Assembly: GCA_001303765.1 (NCBI GenBank)
Contig: LJUH01000003.1
Location: 1-43,889, forward strand
DNA: 43,889 nucleotides
Direction: 5' to 3'
Origin: Chlamydiae bacterium SM23_39
GTDB taxonomy: Bacteria > Chlamydiota > Chlamydiia > Chlamydiales > SM23-39
The position numbers were made by a program, and so were the translations under genes. The first letter of the stretch is position 1; the number at the start of each line of letters is the position of its first letter. This document shows, piece by piece, positions 8,547-18,054 of the stretch. Below the pieces are notes generated by a model. That model did no database searches. It had not been told where the DNA came from and saw only the letters and a list, made by a program, of their open reading frames with translations.

Positions 8547-10178
8547 ATGGTTAAATTTTTTTATTTGTTAGGAATTTTCTTTTCAATAGCAGCTCATGGT
8601 ATTATGACAGATAATATCTGGATTTCATCTAATAATGATTTATCAAACACTGGACAAGATGGACTAATGCCTCAACTAGCTATAAATGGACAAACAAATA
8701 CAGCTATATGTGTGTGGAGTAACATTGATGGAATTAATTATAATATTCAATCATCTTATTCTACAGATGGGGGGCAAAATTGGTTTACACTTGATGTGTC
8801 AGCTGCAAGTTCAAATGATGCAGATCAACCACAAATAGCAATAAATGAAAAAACAAATACAGCTATATGTATTTGGAGATGCAATAATGGATCTATTCGG
8901 ATTATTCAATCATCCTATTCTACAGATGGAGGTCAAAGTTGGTCTACACCAATTGATATATCGGCGGAGGTATCCGAAGAACCACAAATAGCAATAAATG
9001 AAAAAACAAATAGAGCTATATGTGTTTGGAGGAAGAAAAGTGGAAGTGATTATATTATTCGATCATCCTATTCTACAGATGGAGGGCAAAATTGGTCTAC
9101 ACCAACTGGTATATCAGCTGTAGGGAAAGATGCAGATCAAGCACAAATAACAATAAATGAACAAACAAATACAGCTATATGTGTTTGGAGACTCCGTGAT
9201 GGAAGTGATTATATTGTTCAATCATCCTATTCTACAGATGGAGGACAAAATTGGTCTACACCAACTGGTATATCAGCTGTATGGCAATGGTTAGGGATGC
9301 AACAAATAGCAATGAATGAACAAACAAATAGAGCTATATGTGTTTGGGCTCACTATAATGGGAGTGATTCGATTATTCAATCATCCTATTCTTCAGATGG
9401 AGGGCAAAATTGGTCTACACCAATTGACGTGTCAGCTGCAAGTCTGGATGCAGATCAATCACAAATAACAATAAATGAACAAACAAATAGAGCTATATGT
9501 GTTTGGTATCGCTATGATGGTAGTTATTATATTATTCAATCAGCCTATTCTACAGATGGAGGGCAAAATTGGTCTACGCCAATTGATGTATCACAGATAG
9601 GGGCAGATTCCAAAGAACCAAAAATAGGTATAGACCCTCAAACAAATATGGCTATCTGCGTTTGGACGAGATATGATGTAGGTTATAATATTGTCCGGTC
9701 TGCGTATTCCACAGATGGAGGGCAAAATTGGTCTACACCAATGGATGTATCAGATAGTGCACAATTTGTTTGTATGGCAATTCCTCAAATAAGAATAAAT
9801 GAGGAAAAGAGCATACCTATCTGTGTTTGGAATTTATATAATGGAAGTGATAATATTATTCAAGCAGCATACTTTTTTATAGAAACAGGATGGATGAAAG
9901 TTTTTTTAACGGAGAAGAGTAATGATTTTTGGCTTCAAAGAGAATTAGTAAAAGAGATTCAATGGCCATCTATATGTTTTGCTAAGTGTTATAATATATA
10001 TAAAAATATAGAAAAAGGGCAAGTTTTAAGAATAAAACAAGATGGTAAATTACCCCTTGTAACTCTTCCAAATTCTATTTCAAATTATATACTTCATAGA
10101 GTTAAAAAAGGAGAAGTTTATTATATGACTTGGGAAAATTCTGAAGGAGAAGAAAGTCGGCCAGTTATTATTTATTGA
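8547..10178 (+). CDS. Secreted Asp-box (BNR) repeat beta-propeller protein, sialidase-like fold
   Basis: Signal peptide MVKFFYLLGIFFSIAAHG from ATG8547; seven S(T/S)DGGQ(N/S)W Asp-boxes in about 52-aa units plus an eighth partial unit; distinct C-terminal domain. Confidence 0.85.
   Translation: MVKFFYLLGIFFSIAAHGIMTDNIWISSNNDLSNTGQDGLMPQLAINGQTNTAICVWSNIDGINYNIQSSYSTDGGQNWFTLDVSAASSNDADQPQIAINEKTNTAICIWRCNNGSIRIIQSSYSTDGGQSWSTPIDISAEVSEEPQIAINEKTNRAICVWRKKSGSDYIIRSSYSTDGGQNWSTPTGISAVGKDADQAQITINEQTNTAICVWRLRDGSDYIVQSSYSTDGGQNWSTPTGISAVWQWLGMQQIAMNEQTNRAICVWAHYNGSDSIIQSSYSSDGGQNWSTPIDVSAASLDADQSQITINEQTNRAICVWYRYDGSYYIIQSAYSTDGGQNWSTPIDVSQIGADSKEPKIGIDPQTNMAICVWTRYDVGYNIVRSAYSTDGGQNWSTPMDVSDSAQFVCMAIPQIRINEEKSIPICVWNLYNGSDNIIQAAYFFIETGWMKVFLTEKSNDFWLQRELVKEIQWPSICFAKCYNIYKNIEKGQVLRIKQDGKLPLVTLPNSISNYILHRVKKGEVYYMTWENSEGEESRPVIIY
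8670..9872 (+). repeat. Intragenic tandem repeat, about 155-160 bp unit, 7 complete plus 1 partial copy
   Basis: Recurring blocks ACAAATAG/ACAATAAATGAA-AAACAAATA-AGCTATATGTGTTTGG and TCATCCTATTCTACAGATGGAGGGCAAAATTGGTCTACACCAA. Confidence 0.92.
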
Positions 10179-10347
10179 ATAAATAACTGATATCGTTTCT
10201 TGAGAAGTGAGCTGCCCATTATTACTTACCTTTTTAGAATTTATGTTTTTTTTGGATTTTTGATATATTTTTTCTGGTAGGAGACCTTTTGGGCAGATTT
10301 GTCACAAATTTTTTTTAAAATTATTTGTATTTTGATTTAGAGTAGTT

Positions 10348-13300
10348 CTATATATTTTTTATTATGTATTCTTTTAATTTTTGAGGATTTTCTTGTATTT
10401 TGTAAGGAAGTGGAATTATTGTTTCTGGATATTTTTTATCTTTTTGTATGTGTAAAGTCATTTTTTTTAATTTTAAAGAGATAATTTTATATGAAGAAGC
10501 ATGTAATTTTATTTTAGAGAGAGATAAAAGATAAGAAACTTCTTTAGGTATATTCCCAAATCTATCTTTTAACTCTTTTTCTATTTCATCTATATCTTTT
10601 GAAGATAGAGCATTTCCTAATCTATGATATATCTCAAATCTTATTTCTCCATCTGATATGTAATCGTTAGGAATGAAGGCTGGTAAGGTAAATTCTAATT
10701 TTGTTTCTATAAGATTTACCGGTTTATTATCTTTTAAATGATCGATAGCTTTCTTTAAAAGTTTTAAATATAAGTTAAATCCTATTTCTGAAATATGTCC
10801 AGATTGTTGTTCTCCTAAAATATCTCCCGATCCTCTTATCTCTAAATCTTTCATTGCTATTTTTATTCCGCTTCCTAGAGAAGAAGATTCTATTAAAGAA
10901 GAAAGCCTTTTTTGAGATATTTCAGAGACCTTTTTATTTTTGGGAATTAAAAGATAACAGTAAGCTGTTTTATTCCATCTACCAACTCTTCCCCTTAATT
11001 GATATAGATCAGATAGACCAAATTTATCCGCATTATCTATCAAAATAGTGTTGCAATTAAATATATCTATCCCATTTTCTATGATAGTTGTTGTTATTAA
11101 AAGATCTGCTTTTCCCTTTTTAAATGAATGAAATATTAAATCTATCTCTTTAGATTTCATTCTACCATGAACTAATAGTATTTTTATGTTGGGAAGTAGT
11201 CTTTGAAGTTCTTCTTTTCTTTTATATATGCTCTCGATTTTGTTATGAACAAAGAATATTTGTCCTTCTCTTGTTATCTCTCTTATTATTGCATCTTTAA
11301 TTATTTTATCATCATTTTCACAGATAATAGTTTTTATTGGAAGTCTATCTTGTGGAGGGGTGTTTATTGTGGATATATCTCTTACTTTTATTAAAGACAT
11401 ATATAAAGTTCTTGGGATTGGAGTAGCAGAAAGAGATAGTGAATCAACATTTTTTTTTAAAACTTTTAAATGTTCTTTTGCTTTAACTCCAAATCTTTGT
11501 TCTTCATCTATTATTATTAGACCTAAATTTTTAAAGAATATATCTTTAGAAAGTATTCTATGGGTTCCTATTAAAATATCTATTTTTCCCTCTTTTGTTT
11601 TTTGTAATATTTCTTTGTTTTTTGAGGGATTATTAAATCGAGATATTTTTTCTATTATTATAGGAAACTCTTTCATCCTTTCAGAAAAAGTTTCAAAATG
11701 TTGTATAGCTAAAATTGTGGTAGGTACTAAAATAGCTACCTGTTTTTTTCCATCATAGACAGCTTTGAAAACAGCTCTCATAGCAACTTCTGTTTTCCCA
11801 TATCCTACATCTCCACATACAAGTCTTTCTATAGGTTTTTTTTGATACATATCTTCTTTTATCTCTTCTATAGCTTTTATCTGATCAGTTGTTTCATCAT
11901 ATTCAAAGAGGTTTTCAAATATTTTTTGTTCTTCGGAATCTTTAGGATAGATAAATCCTCTATCTAAAGTTCTCATTGCATATAAATTAAGTAACTCTTT
12001 TGCGTATCCTACAATATTTTTTAAAGCTTTTTCTTTTGTTTTTTGCCATTTTGTACTTCCTAATATGTTTAAAATGGGTTTTTCTTCTTTGGTTCCTATG
12101 TATTTAGAGATCAGATAAGATTGAGATAGTGGTATAAATAATTTAGAATTGTTTGCATATTCTATTGTTAAAAACTCTTCTTGCTTACCTAAATTATTTT
12201 GCTTTTTTTCTATTCCTAAATATTTTCCAATTCCGCAATGAAAATGAACTACTATATCACCCTTTTCTATCTTTTGAAATTCTGATAAAGAAGGTTGATA
12301 GAAGGTTGCTGTTCTTGTACTTTTTATTTTTTTTCTTGGATTAAATTCAGTGTAAGGGAAAAAAGCTATAGATAGATCGGAGATTATAAAACCAGAGGAG
12401 AGGTATCCTTTTTTAAATAAAACATTTTTTAAGAAAAGATTTTTCTCTTTTAAATATTTTAATATAAAATTCTTTTCATCATTGTTTTCTGTAAAAAATA
12501 ATATTTTGATATTTATATTTTGTAGATATTTAAGAGTTTCAAAAGGATCATCTGAGGGGAAAAAAGAGATAGGATGGATCCATTTTTTTGTGATAAAATC
12601 TTTTTGAAAGAGAGAAAAAGATATTTTTTTAAAATAGTTTCCTTTGCTGGATAATAATTTTATAGGAGAGAGTTTTTCTATAGGTATTGTTGAGATAAAA
12701 ATAGTTTGATTTTTTTTTATTTTTTTTAAAAATTCATCTAGATTATTTTTATTATTTTTTATTTTTACATATAGATCTTCTATATCTAATAAGTTGTCAA
12801 AGATAATTATAAAATCATTTAAGTAGTCTAATAAGAAACTTGTTTTTTCTATTTCTTTAGCTGTGGATATTGTAGCTGTATCTACTTTTTTTATTGTTTG
12901 TTGTGTTCCTATGTCAAATATTCGTATATTATCAATAGTATTAGAAAAAAATTCTATTCTATATGGAAATGGTTCTGTAGTGGAAAATAGATCTATGATA
13001 CCTCCTCTTATTGCAAAATGTCCTTTTTCTACTACTAAAGAATTTTTTTTATATCCTAAATCTAAAATTCTTTTTTCTAAATTGGAAAAGGATAAACTTT
13101 GTCCTTTTTTTAAGATAAAAAAAAAGTTTTTTATATTTTTTTTGTTAAAAGTTTTTTGGAGGAGAGATGAGAGAGAAGAGATAAGGATTTTTGGATTTTT
13201 TTTATCTATTATTTTTTTTAAAATATAAAATCTTTTACCAACATTTTCAGGTATATCTTCATTACAAGGTGTGGTTTCAAGAGAGGGAAATTCTAATATA

Positions 13301-13494
13301 TCTTTTGTAAAAGTAGATAGGTTATCTATTAATATCTTTTCTCGAACACCTCCTGAAATTATTAAAATATCTTTTTTTGTGTTTTTTAAAATGAAATTTA
13401 TTATTAGTGCTTTAGAAGAGTTATCTACATTATCTATTAAGATAGAAGATCTTTCTTTTTTTAATTCTTGAAATGGATAACTTTTTTCTAACAC
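10348..13494 (-). CDS. mfd: Transcription-repair coupling factor
   Basis: UvrB-like module (FAIRGGIIDLF), RID (GDIVVHFHCGIGKY), CGDVGYGKTEVA, DEEQRFGV, SATPIPRTL, QLRGRVGR and a TRCF C-terminal domain. Confidence 0.97.
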   Translation of the reverse strand: MLEKSYPFQELKKERSSILIDNVDNSSKALIINFILKNTKKDILIISGGVREKILIDNLSTFTKDILEFPSLETTPCNEDIPENVGKRFYILKKIIDKKNPKILISSLSSLLQKTFNKKNIKNFFFILKKGQSLSFSNLEKRILDLGYKKNSLVVEKGHFAIRGGIIDLFSTTEPFPYRIEFFSNTIDNIRIFDIGTQQTIKKVDTATISTAKEIEKTSFLLDYLNDFIIIFDNLLDIEDLYVKIKNNKNNLDEFLKKIKKNQTIFISTIPIEKLSPIKLLSSKGNYFKKISFSLFQKDFITKKWIHPISFFPSDDPFETLKYLQNINIKILFFTENNDEKNFILKYLKEKNLFLKNVLFKKGYLSSGFIISDLSIAFFPYTEFNPRKKIKSTRTATFYQPSLSEFQKIEKGDIVVHFHCGIGKYLGIEKKQNNLGKQEEFLTIEYANNSKLFIPLSQSYLISKYIGTKEEKPILNILGSTKWQKTKEKALKNIVGYAKELLNLYAMRTLDRGFIYPKDSEEQKIFENLFEYDETTDQIKAIEEIKEDMYQKKPIERLVCGDVGYGKTEVAMRAVFKAVYDGKKQVAILVPTTILAIQHFETFSERMKEFPIIIEKISRFNNPSKNKEILQKTKEGKIDILIGTHRILSKDIFFKNLGLIIIDEEQRFGVKAKEHLKVLKKNVDSLSLSATPIPRTLYMSLIKVRDISTINTPPQDRLPIKTIICENDDKIIKDAIIREITREGQIFFVHNKIESIYKRKEELQRLLPNIKILLVHGRMKSKEIDLIFHSFKKGKADLLITTTIIENGIDIFNCNTILIDNADKFGLSDLYQLRGRVGRWNKTAYCYLLIPKNKKVSEISQKRLSSLIESSSLGSGIKIAMKDLEIRGSGDILGEQQSGHISEIGFNLYLKLLKKAIDHLKDNKPVNLIETKLEFTLPAFIPNDYISDGEIRFEIYHRLGNALSSKDIDEIEKELKDRFGNIPKEVSYLLSLSKIKLHASSYKIISLKLKKMTLHIQKDKKYPETIIPLPYKIQENPQKLKEYIIKNI

Positions 13495-16106
13495 TTTGAT
13501 TTAATAATATCTCGTAATTTATTGAAAGCTTCATTTATTTTTGTCTTACCCTTTCCTCCAATCTGAGCTATCTCCATCTTTCCTCCTCCTTTACCTTCAA
13601 TTATAGGAGCTATATCTGTTGCTAATTTATCCGCTAATATTTTTTTATCTAATAGATCTTCTGTTACTTTTATTGCTATTTGACAATATTTTTCTTCTTT
13701 TATTGCTAATGCTATAACTGTGGAAGTGAGATTAAGAGATAATTTTTTTATAAAAGGAATCAACTCTTTAGAAGGTAGATCTATTTCTTCTGCTATTAAA
13801 TATATAGAATCGATTTTTTCTTTTTTGTTTAATAGATTTTGTTTTAAAAATTTTAATTTTTCTTCTTTTAATCTTTTTAGATCTGTAGAGAGTGTTTTAT
13901 TTAGAGATAGTATAGAATTTATCCTTTCTACTAATTTTGCTTCTGATGTTTTTAAAATTTCTTGTAGATAAAATAAAAGATCTTCTTTTTCATATGTGTA
14001 TTTTTCTGCCCTTTCTCCAGTATATGCTTCTATCCTTCTATTACCTTTTGAAATGGAGGTTTCGTTTGCTATTTTAAAAAGACCTATGTTGCCAAGTTGA
14101 GAGGTATGACATCCTCCACATAGTTCTTTGCTGATTTCCATATCTACTACTCTTACGATATTGGAATATTTTTCAAAGAATAGTTGTTTTATTTTTTTAT
14201 CTTTTTCTGCTTCTGAAAAGGGAATATTATATGTTTTTACAATAAAATTTTTTCTAATTGACCCATTTACTATTTTTTCTACCTCTCTTATCTCTTCAGT
14301 AGTTAAAGCTTTATGGTAAGTAAAATCTAAACGTAGATGTTTGCTATCTACAAAAGAACCAGATTGATTAATAGGTCCCTTTAAAATTTGGGATAAAGCA
14401 TAATGTAAGAGATGCGTTGCTGAATGGTTGTTTTCTATCTTTCTTCTTCTCTCTGAATCTATCTCAGCATATACTTTTTTATTTTTTAAAAAATTGCCCT
14501 TTTTAACATATCCAATATGAGCTATAACATCAGTATAAGGGGAGATTGTTGAGGTTACCTCAAATATATTTTCATCAATATATATTTTGCCTGTATCACC
14601 TACTTGCCCTCCCATCTCTGCATAAAAAGGAGTTTTATCTAATATTAAAATAGCTTTATCTTTTTCCTCTATTTCATCTACAAATTTATTCTCTTTTAAC
14701 ATAGCTATTATTTTTGATTCTGTTTTATCTTTTTCATATCCTAAAAATTGAGAGGGAGAATGTATTTTAGTAAAATCAGAAAATATATTTTTATCAAAAA
14801 ATTCATGTTTTTTAATTTGAGCTTTTTTTGAACGCTCTTTAGCTTCTTCTTCTAACTGATAGAATGTTTTTAAATCTACATCTAATAAAGCATCTTTTGC
14901 TATTAATAATATCTCTTCTATTGGGAAACCATAAGTATCTTTTAATTTAAAAGCATCAGCTCCTGATATCTTTTTTTTAGAATATTTTATTATATTATTT
15001 AAAAGAGAACCTCCCTTATCTAAAGTTTTTATGAAATTTTCTTCTTCTAGAGTAAGTATCTCTTCTATTTGATCTTTTGAAGATATTAAGTTAGGGTATT
15101 CCTCTCCCATTGTTTCTATTAAAGGAGGTAAGAGTTTGGCAAGGAAAGGTTTTTTTAAGTTTAACCTTTTTCCATATCTCACAGCTCTTCTAAGAATCTT
15201 TCTAAGGACATATCCTCTATCTATGTTTGAAGGGATAACTCCATCAGCTATAGAGAATGATAACATTCGTATATGATCAGCTATTACATTAAAAGCTGAA
15301 GATAATTCTTTATTTTCTATATCATATTTTATCTTTGTTAGTTTCTCTGTTTCTAATATTATTTTTTGAAATAGATCTGTTAAAAATACTGAATCTACAT
15401 CTATTTTTAAAGAGAGAATTCTTTCTAAGCCTGCACCTGTATCTACACAGGGTTTAGGAAGGGGAGATAAACCTTTTTCTGTTTTGTTGAATTGCATAAA
15501 TACTAAATTCCAAAATTCTAAAAATCTTTCTCCTGAAGTATCGTAGATCGGAGAAGATGCATCCGAATATTTTTCTCCTCTATCATATAGCAATTCGGTA
15601 CAGGGACCACAAGGCCCTGTTTCACCCATGCTCCAAAAATTTTCTTTTTCTCCAAATTTAACTATTTTTGAAGAGGGAAGATATTTTTCCCATAAGGCAA
15701 AAGCTTCATCATCTTTTTCATATACCGATACCCAAATTTTATCTGGATCAAGATCAAAGATATGTGTAGCTACATCCCATGCAAATCCTATAGCTTCTTT
15801 TTTAAAATAATCACCAAATGAAAAATTTCCTAACATCTCAAAAAATGTTAGATGGCGAGAGGTATGACCTACATTCTCTAAATCATTATGTTTGCCTCCT
15901 ACTCTTATGCATTTTTGAGAAGAGGTAGCTTTATTATATTCTCTTTTTGATTTTCCTAAAAAAATATCTTTAAATTGATTCATACCTGCATTGGTGAATA
16001 AAAGAGTAGGGTCATCATGAGGAAGGACAGGAGAAGAGGGAACGATGGTATGAGAGTGAGATTCAAAATACTTTAAAAATTTTTTTCGTATCTCTTTAGA
16101 TAACAT
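13488..16106 (-). CDS. alaS: Alanine--tRNA ligase
   Basis: DPTLLFTNAGMNQFK, HLTFFEMLGNFSFGDYFK, editing HSATHLLH and ELCGGCH, GKGGG C-Ala. Start set at ATG16106 because the upstream TTG falls in the -35 box. Confidence 0.97.
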   Translation of the reverse strand: MLSKEIRKKFLKYFESHSHTIVPSSPVLPHDDPTLLFTNAGMNQFKDIFLGKSKREYNKATSSQKCIRVGGKHNDLENVGHTSRHLTFFEMLGNFSFGDYFKKEAIGFAWDVATHIFDLDPDKIWVSVYEKDDEAFALWEKYLPSSKIVKFGEKENFWSMGETGPCGPCTELLYDRGEKYSDASSPIYDTSGERFLEFWNLVFMQFNKTEKGLSPLPKPCVDTGAGLERILSLKIDVDSVFLTDLFQKIILETEKLTKIKYDIENKELSSAFNVIADHIRMLSFSIADGVIPSNIDRGYVLRKILRRAVRYGKRLNLKKPFLAKLLPPLIETMGEEYPNLISSKDQIEEILTLEEENFIKTLDKGGSLLNNIIKYSKKKISGADAFKLKDTYGFPIEEILLIAKDALLDVDLKTFYQLEEEAKERSKKAQIKKHEFFDKNIFSDFTKIHSPSQFLGYEKDKTESKIIAMLKENKFVDEIEEKDKAILILDKTPFYAEMGGQVGDTGKIYIDENIFEVTSTISPYTDVIAHIGYVKKGNFLKNKKVYAEIDSERRRKIENNHSATHLLHYALSQILKGPINQSGSFVDSKHLRLDFTYHKALTTEEIREVEKIVNGSIRKNFIVKTYNIPFSEAEKDKKIKQLFFEKYSNIVRVVDMEISKELCGGCHTSQLGNIGLFKIANETSISKGNRRIEAYTGERAEKYTYEKEDLLFYLQEILKTSEAKLVERINSILSLNKTLSTDLKRLKEEKLKFLKQNLLNKKEKIDSIYLIAEEIDLPSKELIPFIKKLSLNLTSTVIALAIKEEKYCQIAIKVTEDLLDKKILADKLATDIAPIIEGKGGGKMEIAQIGGKGKTKINEAFNKLRDIIKSKC

Positions 16107-16131
16107 AAATTTTACCTTTTTTTGATCTTTC

Positions 16132-16160
16132 AGTTTATCTGATTTATTTGCAAAAGTCAA
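16132..16160 (-). promoter_or_regulatory. Sigma66 promoter of alaS-mfd
   Basis: TTGACT-17 nt-TAAACT on the minus strand. Confidence 0.7.
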
Positions 16161-16167
16161 AATCTTG

Positions 16168-16196
16168 TTGACATCATTTGGTTTTTATATTAAATT
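16168..16196 (+). promoter_or_regulatory. Sigma66 promoter of the orphan cassette
   Basis: TTGACA-17 nt-TAAATT, back-to-back with the alaS promoter; SD AAGGTG precedes ATG16226. Confidence 0.65.
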
Positions 16197-16225
16197 ATTA
16201 ATTAAATTTTTAAAAAGGTGGGCAT

Positions 16226-16558
16226 ATGAATGACAATGGTATAATTTACCTATGTGCTTGTGATGGAAAAATAATTTTTTTCCAGACCAATGGTGATGCA
16301 ACTGGATCTGAAATTTTGGGAATAAAAGATTCAAAGGATATAAGGAGTAAATTATCCTCAATTTTTAAAAATTTTTTAGAAATTGATGTAAATTATTTGA
16401 GATTAGTTTATCAAATACAGGTTAAAAATGTTAAGATACTTGATCCTAATAAAGATAAAAACAAAATACAAAAGCTTATAACTAAATTAAGCTCTTCTGT
16501 TTCATCACAAAACACAGTTGCAACTGTTAAACCATTTGTTTACGAAAAAAAATGTTAA
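16226..16558 (+). CDS. Hypothetical protein, paralog of 18055..18537 (possibly truncated)
   Basis: YQIQVKNVKILDPNKDKNKIQKLITKL aligns with YQKNQITKLDPEKDAEEIQKLVNKI; has an SD and a promoter. Confidence 0.6.
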   Translation: MNDNGIIYLCACDGKIIFFQTNGDATGSEILGIKDSKDIRSKLSSIFKNFLEIDVNYLRLVYQIQVKNVKILDPNKDKNKIQKLITKLSSSVSSQNTVATVKPFVYEKKC

Positions 16559-16640
16559 GGTTATTTGCGAGATTTATGGCAGGGGCTGATTTAGATTAAA
16601 AAATAAAAAAGTATTAATTTTTTATAGATAGGAGGTGTTT

Positions 16641-17510
16641 ATGTTTTCTGTTTTAGAAAAAGCTCTTGATGGGTTGTATTATGCAGCGAGAATTTTTAAT
16701 ATTGTTGATAAGGGGTATCAAGCAAAGAAATCTATTGAAGAATCTGATGGAGTAGTAAAGATTGGTTTGAATGGAATTAGCTTAGTTGCTGATACTGTAT
16801 CCCTTACTTGTGAAATAAAGGGAGAATATATCTCTAGTAAAATGTCTAAATTAAACGATAAAGATTCAGAGAAATATAAAGAGCAACTTAATGAAATATT
16901 AAAAAAAACAAAAAAAGTATTTGTAGGAGCGGAAATAACTTCAAGTGTTAGTGATACTGCAAAAATATTTATAGAAGATTCTCCTAACTTAGAGAAAATT
17001 AGGGCATTGGCTAGTACAATAATACGTGTTAAAACTCTTTGCTCAGGTATAAAAAAGGAGGCAGAAAAAAAGGGTAAGTCTGTAAAATTTACAAATAATT
17101 GGGAGAAAGGATCATATCTTGTAGAAAAAGTTCCACAAGCAATTAAAAGAATTAAAGAATATGTCAACTCACGTGATCAATTATCATCAGAAGAAAGATT
17201 ATCAACAGAAGATTCTAAGACCTTATCGGAAAATGTTAGGCCATCTTCAGAAAGTTCTCAAACTGTATCAGAAAATGTTAGGCCATCTTCAGAAGATTCA
17301 TTAGAAGATAAAATTGCAAATGATGTATGTCCTATCAGTTTAACTGCGGTCAATGAACTTGAAAACCCATTATATTATGTGACAGCAAATGGAAGGATAA
17401 TTGCATATGAATCAGTTTACATTTTAACATGGCTTGCACAAGGTAATACTAGAGATCCTTGGACCAATGATCCGGTGATACAAGATTCTTATAAGCCTTA
17501 TTATCAATAA
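16641..17510 (+). CDS. Putative effector with C-terminal U-box-like E3 ubiquitin ligase domain
   Basis: SD GGAGG before ATG16641; Ser/Glu-rich linker; C-terminal CPISL...ENPL..ANGRIIAYESVYILTWL..DPWTNDPV fits the U-box pattern. Confidence 0.7.
   Translation: MFSVLEKALDGLYYAARIFNIVDKGYQAKKSIEESDGVVKIGLNGISLVADTVSLTCEIKGEYISSKMSKLNDKDSEKYKEQLNEILKKTKKVFVGAEITSSVSDTAKIFIEDSPNLEKIRALASTIIRVKTLCSGIKKEAEKKGKSVKFTNNWEKGSYLVEKVPQAIKRIKEYVNSRDQLSSEERLSTEDSKTLSENVRPSSESSQTVSENVRPSSEDSLEDKIANDVCPISLTAVNELENPLYYVTANGRIIAYESVYILTWLAQGNTRDPWTNDPVIQDSYKPYYQ
17224..17294 (+). repeat. 42-bp-period direct repeat (SENVRPSSE twice) in the linker
   Basis: TATC(G/A)GAAAATGTTAGGCCATCTTCAGAA at 17224 and 17266. 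Confidence 0.9.
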
Positions 17511-17564
17511 TGCTTGTTGGAAAAAATTGTACTGTGTAAACTTTTGTAAGGATAAAAAAGAAAA

Positions 17565-18023
17565 ATGAGTTGTAATCTAAGTAAATCTTTAGCTGTGGCA
17601 GCTTTAACAGGAACTTCTTGTTATTTTTTACCTAAAGCTTTTGAAAAAATATTTCCTAATCGTGTGCAAGATCCTAATATTTCTAATCTGAGATATTCTG
17701 TAAGAAAAATGGTATGGAAAGTTGAAAATATTCATCCTTTTGTAAAGCATTATTTACAAGTTACTGTTCCTGAAAATCTTTGGATTGTGGGATCTCTAAT
17801 ATCATTTTACTTAACAATGGATCAGTTTCAAGTTTCAAAAGTTAATTGTAAAGATGTTTCTATATTATTTTATGCTGTAAATGGAGGATGTTTACTTATA
17901 GAAAGAGTTAGATATTTTGTTTCAAGAGATTTAACAAAGTTGATAGAAAAAGTTTTTTCAGAAAAAACATCTAGGTTTTTAAATAATATTTTATACGGAT
18001 TAGAACCAGGAGATACTGTTTAA
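17565..18023 (+). CDS. Hypothetical membrane-associated protein
   Basis: 152-aa ORF co-oriented within the cassette, with two to three hydrophobic stretches and no recognisable family. Confidence 0.6.
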   Translation: MSCNLSKSLAVAALTGTSCYFLPKAFEKIFPNRVQDPNISNLRYSVRKMVWKVENIHPFVKHYLQVTVPENLWIVGSLISFYLTMDQFQVSKVNCKDVSILFYAVNGGCLLIERVRYFVSRDLTKLIEKVFSEKTSRFLNNILYGLEPGDTV

Positions 18024-18054
18024 TTTTTTTAAAGTTTTTATTTAAGAGGTACAT

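Noticed and set aside
8670-9872. CRISPR array or DGR template/variable repeat pair
   Set aside because: The units are in-frame coding repeats, differences are not confined to adenines, and no cas or DGR RT gene is nearby.
10212-10296. CTGCCCA/TGGGCAG inverted repeat between the propeller gene and mfd (MITE or sRNA?)
   Set aside because: It is only 7 bp, separated by about 70 nt, with no target duplication or second copy seen.
10854-15810. Short antisense ORFs within mfd and alaS (likewise 3589, 4904, 16718, 18326, 20216, 21709, 31199, 33501, 34343, 36251, 38045, 40521, 42491, and off-frame 25960 and 42395)
   Set aside because: These are shadow ORFs overlapping well-supported genes, with Phe/Ile/Ser-biased composition and no motifs.
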